Shown piece after piece: positions 6,291 through 14,248 of a stretch of 53,336 bases of DNA. The stretch covers positions 1 to 53,336 of the forward strand of contig JADFPI010000003.1 of NCBI GenBank assembly GCA_022562395.1, given 5' to 3'. The notes under the pieces are model-generated. The model worked only from the letters and a program-made list of their open reading frames with translations. It was not told the origin of the DNA and did not search any database. The position numbers and the translations under genes were made by a program. Every line of letters begins with the position of its first letter. Position 1 is the stretch's first letter. This DNA comes from Patescibacteria group bacterium (GTDB lineage Bacteria; Patescibacteriota; Microgenomatia; UBA8517).

Positions 6291-6367
6291 GATTATTGAC
6301 TAGATTTTCAAATATTTCAAGACTCGTCTGGCGAGTCAAGTAGCGTTTTATGATATTATGAACTAAA

Positions 6368-6436
6368 GTGGCAAGCGGGATAGCTGCATCAATTGCTTAT
6401 TTTGTTGGATTTTTGCTTGGGAAGTATGTGGTTTAG
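6368..6436 (+). pseudogene. Possible C-terminal remnant of a membrane protein (VIT1/CCC1-like end)
   Basis: VASGIAASIAYFVGFLLGKYVV*, with no upstream gene body. Confidence 0.3.
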
Positions 6437-6454
6437 CCCCGCACCAATTTTGCT

Positions 6455-6715
6455 ATGTATTATGTATATGTTTTACAAAGCAGGAAGGATAAAGGGCTAT
6501 ATACAGGTTACACGGATGACTTGGAAAAAAGATTAAAAAAGCATAAACAAGGTTTGGTCATATCGACAAGAAGTAGAAAACCTTTAAACATTATTTATTA
6601 TGAGGCTTGTTTAAATAAAAGGGATGCACTTCATCGCGAGAAGTATTTAAAAACGGCTTGGGGCAAGAAATTTATTAAAAATAGATTGAGGAATTACTTA
6701 AGAGGTCCCAGTTAG
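6455..6715 (+). CDS. Stand-alone GIY-YIG nuclease
   Basis: YYVYVL...LYTGYT.DL..RL..H...YYEA...A..RE..LK. Confidence 0.9.
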   Translation: MYYVYVLQSRKDKGLYTGYTDDLEKRLKKHKQGLVISTRSRKPLNIIYYEACLNKRDALHREKYLKTAWGKKFIKNRLRNYLRGPS

Positions 6716-6779
6716 ATAGTCCCTTTGGGACATCAAACGGGATCCCGTGAGATGCTCTAGAAGAGCTATTTCACTGGGA
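6706..6779. repeat. REP-like palindrome doublet, copy 2 (contains the GIY-YIG stop codon)
   Basis: TCCCAGTTAGAT..ATCAAACGGGA + TCCCGTGAGAT..ATTTCACTGGGA. Confidence 0.85.
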
Positions 6780-6792
6780 GGAGGTGAATGAA

Positions 6793-6969
6793 ATGAAGAA
6801 AAAGGACATAAGGACTCTTTCTCAAGTTCTAATAGGGGGTGCTGTTATTTCTGTGCTTTTGTCAGGGATTGGCTACACGGGGGCAGACATCTGGCTTGCT
6901 TCAACCCAATGGCTTTTGGTAGCGGCCGTTTTGGCATTATTTGGGGTGTACACCAGGCTTGAGTCGTAA
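6793..6969 (+). CDS. Small two-TM membrane protein
   Basis: GGAGGAGGTG SD; hydrophobic ORF. Confidence 0.65.
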   Translation: MKKKDIRTLSQVLIGGAVISVLLSGIGYTGADIWLASTQWLLVAAVLALFGVYTRLES

Positions 6970-6974
6970 GCGGG

Positions 6975-7006
6975 GCGGAAAATACGCGGAAAATACGCGG
7001 AAAATA
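6975..7006 (+). repeat. Tandem 11-mer GCGGAAAATAC x~3
   Basis: Read directly from the sequence. Confidence 0.8.
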
Positions 7007-7013
7007 AGGAAAC

Positions 7014-7042
7014 TTGACACATAGTATGGTATCTGTTAACCT
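7014..7042 (+). promoter_or_regulatory. Sigma70 promoter, leaderless configuration
   Basis: TTGACA-17 bp-TAACCT (with TG extension), 6 nt before ATG 7049. Confidence 0.6.
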
Positions 7043-7048
7043 GGCGCA

Positions 7049-7525
7049 ATGAAAAGAAGAGATATAGTAATAGGCCTCATTGTATTGGCCGTGCTTGCAG
7101 GAATTATTTTTCTAGCCAGAAGACAAAGGGAGCAACCTGAACTTCAGACAACTCCATCAGTTGAAGAAAGACTGGAAGAATCTTTTAACTTAGAGATTCC
7201 AGAAGACGTTGAAAAGATAGAACTTGCTGATGTATCAGGCGGTGATTCTTCGGGTATCGCAACTAGAAAGTTTGAAGATGCAACATTTACACACGTAGTA
7301 TTAGCCGACCTTCCAGAACCGGAGGAAGGTAAATTTTATGAGGGCTGGTTAGTCAAGGGAGAGGAAGTTGTTTCGACAGGAAGACTTAGAGTTGCCAAGG
7401 GCGGTTATCTTTTAGAATTTGAATCCTCAACCGATTATTCTGACTACAAAACTGTGGTAGTTTCAGAAGAAGAGGTAGCTGACGCTACTCCAGAAAAACA
7501 TATATTAGAAGGCTCCTTCGAATAA
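7049..7525 (+). CDS. Membrane-anchored protein with anti-sigma-K (RskA C-terminal)-like domain
   Basis: N-terminal TM; LPEPEEGKFYEGWLV...VVVSEE...PEKHILEG. Confidence 0.6.
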   Translation: MKRRDIVIGLIVLAVLAGIIFLARRQREQPELQTTPSVEERLEESFNLEIPEDVEKIELADVSGGDSSGIATRKFEDATFTHVVLADLPEPEEGKFYEGWLVKGEEVVSTGRLRVAKGGYLLEFESSTDYSDYKTVVVSEEEVADATPEKHILEGSFE

Positions 7526-7570
7526 TTCTTGCCACTTCATTTAAGATCTGCTCTGGGTTAAGATTTTACT

Positions 7571-8311
7571 ATGAGTTTTCTTAAGGTTTTTGCTTCTTTT
7601 ATCCTTGCTTTTTTGTTTTTATCGCTGGCAAGCGACAAAGCTTTGGCTTCACTTGTCGTGGTCCAAAAAGATGGCAAGGTTGTCTTAAATGTTTTATCAA
7701 TCGAAAATACTGTTGAGCTTGAAATTCCAAGAAGAGATTATTTAGAGATTAAAAATATAGCTCAAGAGATTCCTGACCCGGGCTCTAAAATTTCATTAAC
7801 CAGAAAAGACGGCAGAGTTACGCTGAATGTTTCTACAAAAAGCGGGGAAAAAAGTTTGGATGTTACAAACTATAAAGATGAAATTGTCGAGATTGAAGAA
7901 AGACCGGCCCTTGAAACAGTGAAGATAGGGGTTTCTGATAATCAATTTACCATCGAGCAAAGGGGAGTAGTTGCCAGGACCGATTACGAGATAAATATTG
8001 ACCCGGAGAGTGCCGGAATTACTTTGACAACTCCTTCCGGTCTTAGATTTTTATCGATCTTGCCTTATGAGGCAGTTGAAACGGCCTTGCGAGCCAAGAT
8101 AATAAATAGACTTACAAACCAGAATAACGTGGCAATAATAGAGGAAGGAAGAGAATTATCTTACGAGTTAGCTGGAGAGCGAGTTCTTAACTTTTTCGAT
8201 GTATTTAAATACCCAGTGCCGGTTAAAACCAAGATTTCGGCTTCAACCGGCGAAGTTTTATCTATCGAGCAACCTACTTGGCTAAGAATTCTAGGCTTCC
8301 TGTTTGTCTAA
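7571..8311 (+). CDS. Exported hypothetical protein
   Basis: Signal peptide ending ALA; C-terminal ISASTGEVL...W motif. Confidence 0.7.
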   Translation: MSFLKVFASFILAFLFLSLASDKALASLVVVQKDGKVVLNVLSIENTVELEIPRRDYLEIKNIAQEIPDPGSKISLTRKDGRVTLNVSTKSGEKSLDVTNYKDEIVEIEERPALETVKIGVSDNQFTIEQRGVVARTDYEINIDPESAGITLTTPSGLRFLSILPYEAVETALRAKIINRLTNQNNVAIIEEGRELSYELAGERVLNFFDVFKYPVPVKTKISASTGEVLSIEQPTWLRILGFLFV

Positions 8312-8347
8312 TTGGTTACTCCGTAGGAGCGCTGTGCTTGACCCCCT

Positions 8348-8378
8348 TGATATACTGAATATACCCCCAGGGGGTATA
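8348..8378 (+). promoter_or_regulatory. Extended -10 (TGATATACT) followed by a CsoR/RcnR-type operator
   Basis: Palindrome TATACCCCC-A-GGGGGTATA (8360-8378) directly before the CsoR-family ATG; C/G tracts flanked by AT are typical of this family's operators. Confidence 0.8.
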
Positions 8379-8379
8379 C

Positions 8380-8616
8380 ATGCAAGACCCTGTTATTTCT
8401 CGCCTTCACAGGATAAAAGGACAAATCGAGGCAGTCGAGAGGATGTACAAAGCTCGAAAGGCCTGTATTGAAGTAGTACGACAGGTTCAAGCGGCAAGAG
8501 CCGCGCTAGGTAGACTTGCGGGCATACTATTAACTGACGAAGCAAAGCGCTGTGTAGATGCTGGAGATTTGAAAGAATTAGAAAAGATTGTCAATAAAAC
8601 TTTTAAAATAGTTTAA
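8380..8616 (+). CDS. CsoR/RcnR family transcriptional repressor
   Basis: RLHRIKGQIEAVERM...C.EVV.QV.AARAAL...C. Confidence 0.9.
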   Translation: MQDPVISRLHRIKGQIEAVERMYKARKACIEVVRQVQAARAALGRLAGILLTDEAKRCVDAGDLKELEKIVNKTFKIV

Positions 8617-8621
8617 GAAAG

Positions 8622-9362
8622 ATGTTTGACATCAATTTTCCAGTTGCATTCGGCGCAGGAGTAGTTTCTTTCTTTGCCCCTTGCGTTGTCCCGCTTTTGC
8701 CGGCTTATGTAGGTTATGTTACTGGAGTTTCTGCAAAAGACTTGAAGGCTTCTAATTTCGGTAAATACAGAACCCAACTTATTGTTTCAAGCCTCTTTTA
8801 TATCATCGGGTTTTCAATTATCTTTGTTATCTTGGGAACTGCAGCAGCCGGCTTGGGACAATCACTGCGCCAATTTGACAACATAATTCGAATTGCAGGA
8901 GGAGCGTTAATTCTTGTGCTCGGCCTTAATTTTGCCGGCTTTTTGCCGATACCTGCACTAGCGAAGGAACGCAAATTTAAAGTACCAACGTGGGTCAATA
9001 AACTTGGGTATGGCCGTGCTTTTTTAGTGGGCGTCGTTTTTGCCGTTGCCTGGACGCCTTGCGTCGGAGCAGTTTTGGGTTCAATTTTGGCCCTGGCAGC
9101 GATTTCGGGAACAGCAACAACCGGAGCGTCTCTGCTTTTGGTTTATTCGCTTGGCATATCCATCCCTTTTATGCTCGTTTCCTTAACCCTTGCCCAGGCT
9201 CCCAAATACATTCCCGCCATCTCCCGTTATATCGGCCCAATATCAAAAATTGCCGGACTAATTCTTGCCGCCTTAGGGCTTTTGCTCTTGACCAACACAT
9301 ACCGTTTTGTCAACGCTTGGCTTTTTGAGATTGCATTTAGCCTGGGATATCAGATAAAGTAA
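8622..9362 (+). CDS. ccdA: CcdA/DsbD-TM thiol-disulfide transporter
   Basis: SFFAPCVVPLLPAY and AWTPCVGAVL. Confidence 0.9.
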   Translation: MFDINFPVAFGAGVVSFFAPCVVPLLPAYVGYVTGVSAKDLKASNFGKYRTQLIVSSLFYIIGFSIIFVILGTAAAGLGQSLRQFDNIIRIAGGALILVLGLNFAGFLPIPALAKERKFKVPTWVNKLGYGRAFLVGVVFAVAWTPCVGAVLGSILALAAISGTATTGASLLLVYSLGISIPFMLVSLTLAQAPKYIPAISRYIGPISKIAGLILAALGLLLLTNTYRFVNAWLFEIAFSLGYQIK

Positions 9363-9365
9363 ATA

Positions 9366-9429
9366 GCCACAGTTAGATAGTTTGTACATCTAACGTGGCC
9401 CCGTGAGATCTGAAAGTATCTCACTGGGG
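9366..9429. repeat. REP-like palindrome doublet, copy 3 (intergenic, no nuclease)
   Basis: GCCACAGTTAGAT..ATCTAACGTGGC + CCCGTGAGAT..ATCTCACTGGGG. Confidence 0.8.
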
Positions 9430-9440
9430 GGGGTGAGAAC

Positions 9441-10022
9441 ATGAATAAAAACTTAATTGTAGCAATAGCAGTAATTTTAGTCTTAGGTGTTGGTGGTTTC
9501 CTTGTATTCCGTGGTAGTGGACAAGATTCTACAACTCCTGGGGCTTCTCAAACAACCAAGTCTAGGCCTGTCCCTGCCGAGGTTTCTGGTTCATTTACAA
9601 AAGGGCAGGAAGCGCCTGATGTTAGTTTTACCGACTTTGACGGCAATACTCACAACCTTTCTGACTTTGCCGGCCAGGCTGTAATTTTGGATTATTGGGC
9701 AGATTGGTGTCCCTTTTGCAGAGCAGAAATGCCGGAATTGCAGGCGGCTCAAGATAAATATGGCGACGACCTGGTTATGGTTGGAGTGCACAGAACTGGT
9801 ACAGAATCTAAAGAGGTTGGTCAGCGCTTTGCCGACAAGATTGGAATAACCTATCTTTTGGTAGTAGATCCGGACGACTCGCTTTATCGGGCAGCAGGAG
9901 GTTTCGGAATGCCAGTTGCCGTTTTTATCGACAAGGATGGCGTGGTAACCGAGATTAAATCTGGTCCGAAAACTAAAGAGGAGATTGAAGAAAAGGTAAG
10001 TAGGTTAATAAGTAGTCAATAG
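9441..10022 (+). CDS. TlpA/ResA-like membrane-anchored thioredoxin
   Basis: YWADWCPFCRAEMPEL, GMP cis-Pro loop, N-terminal TM. Confidence 0.9.
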   Translation: MNKNLIVAIAVILVLGVGGFLVFRGSGQDSTTPGASQTTKSRPVPAEVSGSFTKGQEAPDVSFTDFDGNTHNLSDFAGQAVILDYWADWCPFCRAEMPELQAAQDKYGDDLVMVGVHRTGTESKEVGQRFADKIGITYLLVVDPDDSLYRAAGGFGMPVAVFIDKDGVVTEIKSGPKTKEEIEEKVSRLISSQ

Positions 10023-10032
10023 CAAATAACTA

Positions 10033-11040
10033 ATGGATATTCGTGGGATTACATTGAGCAAGGTTTTGATTATTGCTGCTATTGCTTCAGTGGTGGTTAT
10101 CAGTGTGATATCAAGAATTAGGGGGAGGGCAAACCCAGTGACAGAAATAACAAAAAGAGCAACGCAGGCAATAACAGGAGGAGGTGGGTTTGATTTTGAC
10201 GAGAACACCCCCGGTTATGAAAATTACACGAAGCTTCTACAAGGTTGTCCGTTCAAAGATTGTATCCCTTCAATTGATAATCCGGTTTTTGAGTCGGTTG
10301 GTGCGGCTGACAAATGGCTTGAGGCGAACGACGTTGTTTTTGCACTGGACTACAAGGGGGAGGCAAGAGCGTATGCTCAAAGAATTCTCAATTTGCACGA
10401 AATTGTTAATGATGTAGTTGCGGGCGATCCTTTGGCAGTAACATTTTGTCCCCTTTGCGGTTCGGCGCTTGCATTTGATCGGCGCATTAACGGTCAAACT
10501 CTCGAATTTGGAGTGTCTGGCAAGCTTCACGATAACGACTTGATTATGTATGATAGACAGACAGAAAGCCTTTGGCAACAAATTACGGGCGAAGCTATAG
10601 TAGGAGAACTTTTTGAAAAGAAGCTGAAACAGGTTCCTATGAGTGGAATGCGCTGGAGCCAGTTTAAGGAGGAGTTTCCCCAGGGACAAGTTCTTTCCCG
10701 CGATACTGGTTTTTCCAGAAACTATGACCGCTATCCATATGGAAACTACGAACAAGACAGCTCTCCGCTTTTCCCTGTCGAGGGAGGGGTAGACCAAACG
10801 ATTCATCCCAAAACGGTTGTGTACGGTGTTGAGGTTAATGGTAAGTTTAAGGCATATGAACAAGACAAAATCGAAGTCCAAGGGACTATCAAGGATAAAA
10901 TTGGAGGAGTTGAGATTGAAATTTCGTATAATAATGGAGACGTGACAGTTAAAAATCTTGACACAGGAGATGAGGTTGTTGCGACAAGGCTATTCTGGTT
11001 TGCCTGGAAAGCGTTCCGTCCGGAGACGGATTTATACTAG
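10033..11040 (+). CDS. DUF3179 family protein
   Basis: DCIPSIDNP, HEIVND, TFCPLCGS, FGVSGKL, MYDRQTESLWQQ, FWFAW. Confidence 0.85.
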   Translation: MDIRGITLSKVLIIAAIASVVVISVISRIRGRANPVTEITKRATQAITGGGGFDFDENTPGYENYTKLLQGCPFKDCIPSIDNPVFESVGAADKWLEANDVVFALDYKGEARAYAQRILNLHEIVNDVVAGDPLAVTFCPLCGSALAFDRRINGQTLEFGVSGKLHDNDLIMYDRQTESLWQQITGEAIVGELFEKKLKQVPMSGMRWSQFKEEFPQGQVLSRDTGFSRNYDRYPYGNYEQDSSPLFPVEGGVDQTIHPKTVVYGVEVNGKFKAYEQDKIEVQGTIKDKIGGVEIEISYNNGDVTVKNLDTGDEVVATRLFWFAWKAFRPETDLY

Positions 11041-11069
11041 GCGTGACTTTAGGGAGGCTTGTCACTCGC

Positions 11070-11148
11070 CACGTCGCGCAAAGCTATGCGGCGTGCGACC
11101 GTAGCCAGGTGTACAGAGGACCCTCCTTCGCTAAGGCTTCGGAAGGGT
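11070..11148. repeat. Two GC-rich hairpins with a GC(T)AA(A/G)GCT core (REP-like)
   Basis: CACGTCGCGCAAAGCTATGCGGCGTG and ACCCTCCTTCGCTAAGGCTTCGGAAGGGT; similar to 6128-6155. Confidence 0.55.
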
Positions 11149-11207
11149 TAGGGTTCGCTCATAATTTATAATAAAAATAAAGGAGGGCGAAGGGTGGTGA
11201 GTAAAAT

Positions 11208-11654
11208 ATGAATAAAAACTTACTTATAGGCTTGGCCGTGTTAGTTGTCCTTGGTGGAGGTTATCTTTTGCTTTCCAGAGGAGCAGGCTATCAAACGCCT
11301 GAGACCGCAACACCTACTCGGCAGGAACCTCAAGCTACTGAGCCGGCGAAGGAAGAGGAGGAGGGAGAAGTTACGGAGGCACGCGAAATAGTTGTGGAGG
11401 GAAGCGAATTTTCTTTTTCCCCATCAAGCATTACCGTAAATGCTGGAGAAAAGGTAAAGTTAACGTTTAATAACGTAGGCTCTTTTCCCCACAACCTTAC
11501 GGTCGAAGGACTCGGAATAGCAACAAAGACAATAGGTGGAGGGCAATCAGACACAATAGAGTTTACAGTTGAAGAAGGTGGAACTTATACCACTTTCTGC
11601 AGCGTTGGCAATCATAGAGCTCAAGGAATGGAGGGAACACTCGAAGTCGAGTGA
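11208..11654 (+). CDS. Membrane-anchored cupredoxin (type 1 copper)
   Basis: PHNL and FCSVGNHRAQGM supply the H, C, H, M ligands. Confidence 0.85.
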   Translation: MNKNLLIGLAVLVVLGGGYLLLSRGAGYQTPETATPTRQEPQATEPAKEEEEGEVTEAREIVVEGSEFSFSPSSITVNAGEKVKLTFNNVGSFPHNLTVEGLGIATKTIGGGQSDTIEFTVEEGGTYTTFCSVGNHRAQGMEGTLEVE

Positions 11655-11805
11655 ATTTCTAATTTCTAATTCCTAATTTCTAAACAATATCAAATTTCTA
11701 AATTCAAATTCTAAAACTTTTGAATTTTGTTATTTGGATTTTGGATTTATTTTGAGCTTGCGAAAAACAAGCTTTGCTTATTTAGAATTGGGTGCTTAGG
11801 ATTTC
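11654..11805. repeat. AT-rich inverted repeat built of heptamers (AATTTCT)n
   Basis: AATTTCT AATTTCT AATTCCT AATTTCT... mirrored by TTTGAATTT..TTGGATTT..TTAGAATT..TTAGGATTT. Confidence 0.65.
11748..11783 (+). repeat. ~30-bp dispersed repeat (GAAAACAAGCTTTGCTTAT family)
   Basis: Also at 16514-16567 (minus strand, 2 units) and 28917-28982 (2 units). Confidence 0.75.
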
Positions 11806-11853
11806 TCCGCCCAAATATTCAATTTTTGGCGGGGCGAAAGGTGGTGAGAAAAG

Positions 11854-12105
11854 ATGACTGTTACAGTTTATTCAACAACAACTTGCCCATACTGCAAAAT
11901 GCTCAAAAAGTATTTGGAAGAGAAAAACGTTAAATATACGGAAAAGCTTGTGGATCAAGATGATGCCGCCCAGAAAGAGATGGCGGAAGCATCAGGCGGA
12001 TTTATGGGAGTACCTTTTACCGTGGTCACCAAAGACGATGGAACAAAGGAAACAATAATAGGGTTTGACAAGGGGGAAGTAGACAAGGTTTTGGGCCTTA
12101 ACTAG
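11854..12105 (+). CDS. Glutaredoxin-like protein (NrdH/YruB type)
   Basis: VYSTTTCPYC...GVP...IIGFD. Confidence 0.9.
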   Translation: MTVTVYSTTTCPYCKMLKKYLEEKNVKYTEKLVDQDDAAQKEMAEASGGFMGVPFTVVTKDDGTKETIIGFDKGEVDKVLGLN

Positions 12106-12139
12106 TGGGCCAGTTCGTTGATAAACTAGTGCTAGAATT

Positions 12140-12790
12140 ATGATTTTCGTTAACTTCAAGACTTACAAGGAAGCTTCAGGCAAAAACACACTCTCCTTAA
12201 CCCAGACAATTTGCGACTTAGCCAGCGAGACGAAGGTTGAAATTATTGCTTGCCCGCAGGCCGTTGATTTAAGGCAGGTAATTGAAGTGTCTAATCGCCC
12301 AGTATGGACTCAACATGTTGACGCCGTCGAGCGGGGGAGGGCAACGGGTTGGTTCCCGCCTGAGGTTGCAAAAGAAGCAGGGGCCGAAGGCACGTTTCTT
12401 AATCATTCCGAGCACAAATTGTCAATTGGCCAGCTTGGGGAAATAATGGCCCGTTGCAGGCAAGCTGGTCTAAAGACTTTAGTTTTTGCAGATTCTGTCG
12501 AAGAAGCAAAAGTCGTTTCCAAATTTAAACCGGATTATATTGGCTATGAACCCCAAGAGCTTATTGCCAGCAAAACTACTTCAGTTTCCCAAGAAAAACC
12601 GGAAATTATAAGAAGTGTTGTTAAGGAAGTTCCCAAGACAGCGATATTAATTGGTGCAGGAGTAAAGGGAAGAAAGGATGTTCAAGTGGGGATAAAACTA
12701 GGTGCAACAGGAATTGTGTTATCCTCGGCGGTTGTTTTGGCAAAAAATCCCAAAGAGGTTTTAAAAGATTTAGTAAAAGGGTTTAAATGA
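12140..12790 (+). CDS. tpiA: Triosephosphate isomerase (archaeal-type, short)
   Basis: VNFKTY, LNHSE, YEP, GAGV. Confidence 0.9.
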   Translation: MIFVNFKTYKEASGKNTLSLTQTICDLASETKVEIIACPQAVDLRQVIEVSNRPVWTQHVDAVERGRATGWFPPEVAKEAGAEGTFLNHSEHKLSIGQLGEIMARCRQAGLKTLVFADSVEEAKVVSKFKPDYIGYEPQELIASKTTSVSQEKPEIIRSVVKEVPKTAILIGAGVKGRKDVQVGIKLGATGIVLSSAVVLAKNPKEVLKDLVKGFK

Positions 12791-13236
12791 CAATTTATAT
12801 AGCAGCTGACCATGGAGGTTATTGGTTAAAAGAACAGATAAAGCAGGATTTAAGGCAAAAAGGAAACGAAGTTAAGGATTTAGGAAATAGCAAGTTTGAT
12901 TCAGGCGACGATTATCCTGATTTTGTCATCCCGGCTGCCGAGTCTGTGGCACAAGACCCAAAGGGTTTCGGTATTGTTATCGGGCGGTCTGGAAATGGAG
13001 AAGCAATTGCTGCCAATAAAGTAAAAGGTGTCCGGGCCGTACTTTGTTTAAATCCCGAGATGGCCAAAAAAGCGAGAGAGGATAATAATGCTAATGTATT
13101 AGCTCTAGGCGCCGATTTCGTCGATGTTTCCAAAGCAGGCAAGATAGTGGAAGTTTTTTTAGACACTCCATTTCCGGAGGAGGACAGACACGTTAGGCGC
13201 CTAGCTAAGATTACCTCTTATGAAGGATCTTCCTAA
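12787..13236 (+). CDS. rpiB: Ribose-5-phosphate isomerase B
   Basis: AADHGG, DYPD, SGNGEAIAANKVKGVRA, NNANVL, RHVRR. Confidence 0.92.
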   Translation: MTIYIAADHGGYWLKEQIKQDLRQKGNEVKDLGNSKFDSGDDYPDFVIPAAESVAQDPKGFGIVIGRSGNGEAIAANKVKGVRAVLCLNPEMAKKAREDNNANVLALGADFVDVSKAGKIVEVFLDTPFPEEDRHVRRLAKITSYEGSS

Positions 13237-14239
13237 AATAAGCGATTTAGATATTCAGGGAAAGAAAGTATTGGTTAGGGTGGATTTGGACTACAAAGAC
13301 CTGCCTGCTCGCGCAGGTGATGTAAGTGGTACAAAAAGGCAAGAGGCGCTTTTGGCAACTTTAGAATATTTGGTCGAAAGAGCCTCCGAGATAATACTTT
13401 TAAGCCATAGAGGTAGACCCGGTGGTAAAACTGATGATTCTTTGAGTACCAAACCTGTCGCCGATAGACTGGAGGATTTTTTAAGAAAAAAATGGGGAGA
13501 AGAAAAAATTAAAAGATTTAATATGTTTATAATGGAGAATCTGCGTTTCAATCCTGGGGAGTCCCTCGACTACACTCGGGATAAAGAGGCAAAAGAATTC
13601 GCGGAGCACCTAGCCGAAGAAGGAAACGCATATGTGAATGAAGCTTTTGCCTCAAGCCACAGAAAACACGCATCAATTGTCGCTCTGCCAGGTTTATTGC
13701 CGCATGCAGCAGGGTTTCATTTTGTTAAGGAAGTAGAAAATCTGGGTAGGGTATTGGAGAATCCCCGAAGGCCGGTTGTAGTAATTATTGGCGGGGTGAA
13801 AGAGGATAAGCTAACTTATGTTGAACCTTTTAAAAAGTTTGCGGATAGGATTTTAATAGGAGGAAGACTGCCCACGTTTTTACCGGAAGATTACAAGGAA
13901 GAAAAGGTAGTTGTGGCTAAACTAAATCAAGACAGGCAAGATATAACGCTAAACTCAATTGAAGAGTTTGAGAAAGAGATTGCTAAAGCAAAAACTTTAG
14001 TGGTTTCGGGTCCGATGGGGAAGTTTGAGGACGAGGGCCAAAGGTTGGGGACAGAAAGAGTATTAAAGGTAGCGTCAGAATCGTCCGCTTTTAAAGTTGT
14101 AGGAGGCGGAGATACCCAGCGTGCACTCTCTACTTTTGGATTATCTGATAAATTTGACTGGGTATCGGTAGGGGGAGGTGCAATGCTTGAATTTTTAGCA
14201 AAAGGAACTTTACCAGGAATAGAGGCGCTGCTAAACTGA
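13220..14239 (+). CDS. pgk: Phosphoglycerate kinase (shortened)
   Basis: SHRGRP, ENLRF, YVNEAF..SHR.HAS, GPMGKFE, GGGDT, SVGGGAMLEFL.G.LPG. Confidence 0.9.
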   Translation: MKDLPKISDLDIQGKKVLVRVDLDYKDLPARAGDVSGTKRQEALLATLEYLVERASEIILLSHRGRPGGKTDDSLSTKPVADRLEDFLRKKWGEEKIKRFNMFIMENLRFNPGESLDYTRDKEAKEFAEHLAEEGNAYVNEAFASSHRKHASIVALPGLLPHAAGFHFVKEVENLGRVLENPRRPVVVIIGGVKEDKLTYVEPFKKFADRILIGGRLPTFLPEDYKEEKVVVAKLNQDRQDITLNSIEEFEKEIAKAKTLVVSGPMGKFEDEGQRLGTERVLKVASESSAFKVVGGGDTQRALSTFGLSDKFDWVSVGGGAMLEFLAKGTLPGIEALLN

Positions 14240-14248
14240 AATACTATC

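Noticed and set aside
6197-6779. GIY-YIG gene as a single transposon bounded by terminal inverted repeats
   Set aside because: The 5' strand of riboswitch P1 and its promoter region lie between the left doublet and the nuclease gene, so the doublets appear to have inserted independently; no target duplication was seen.
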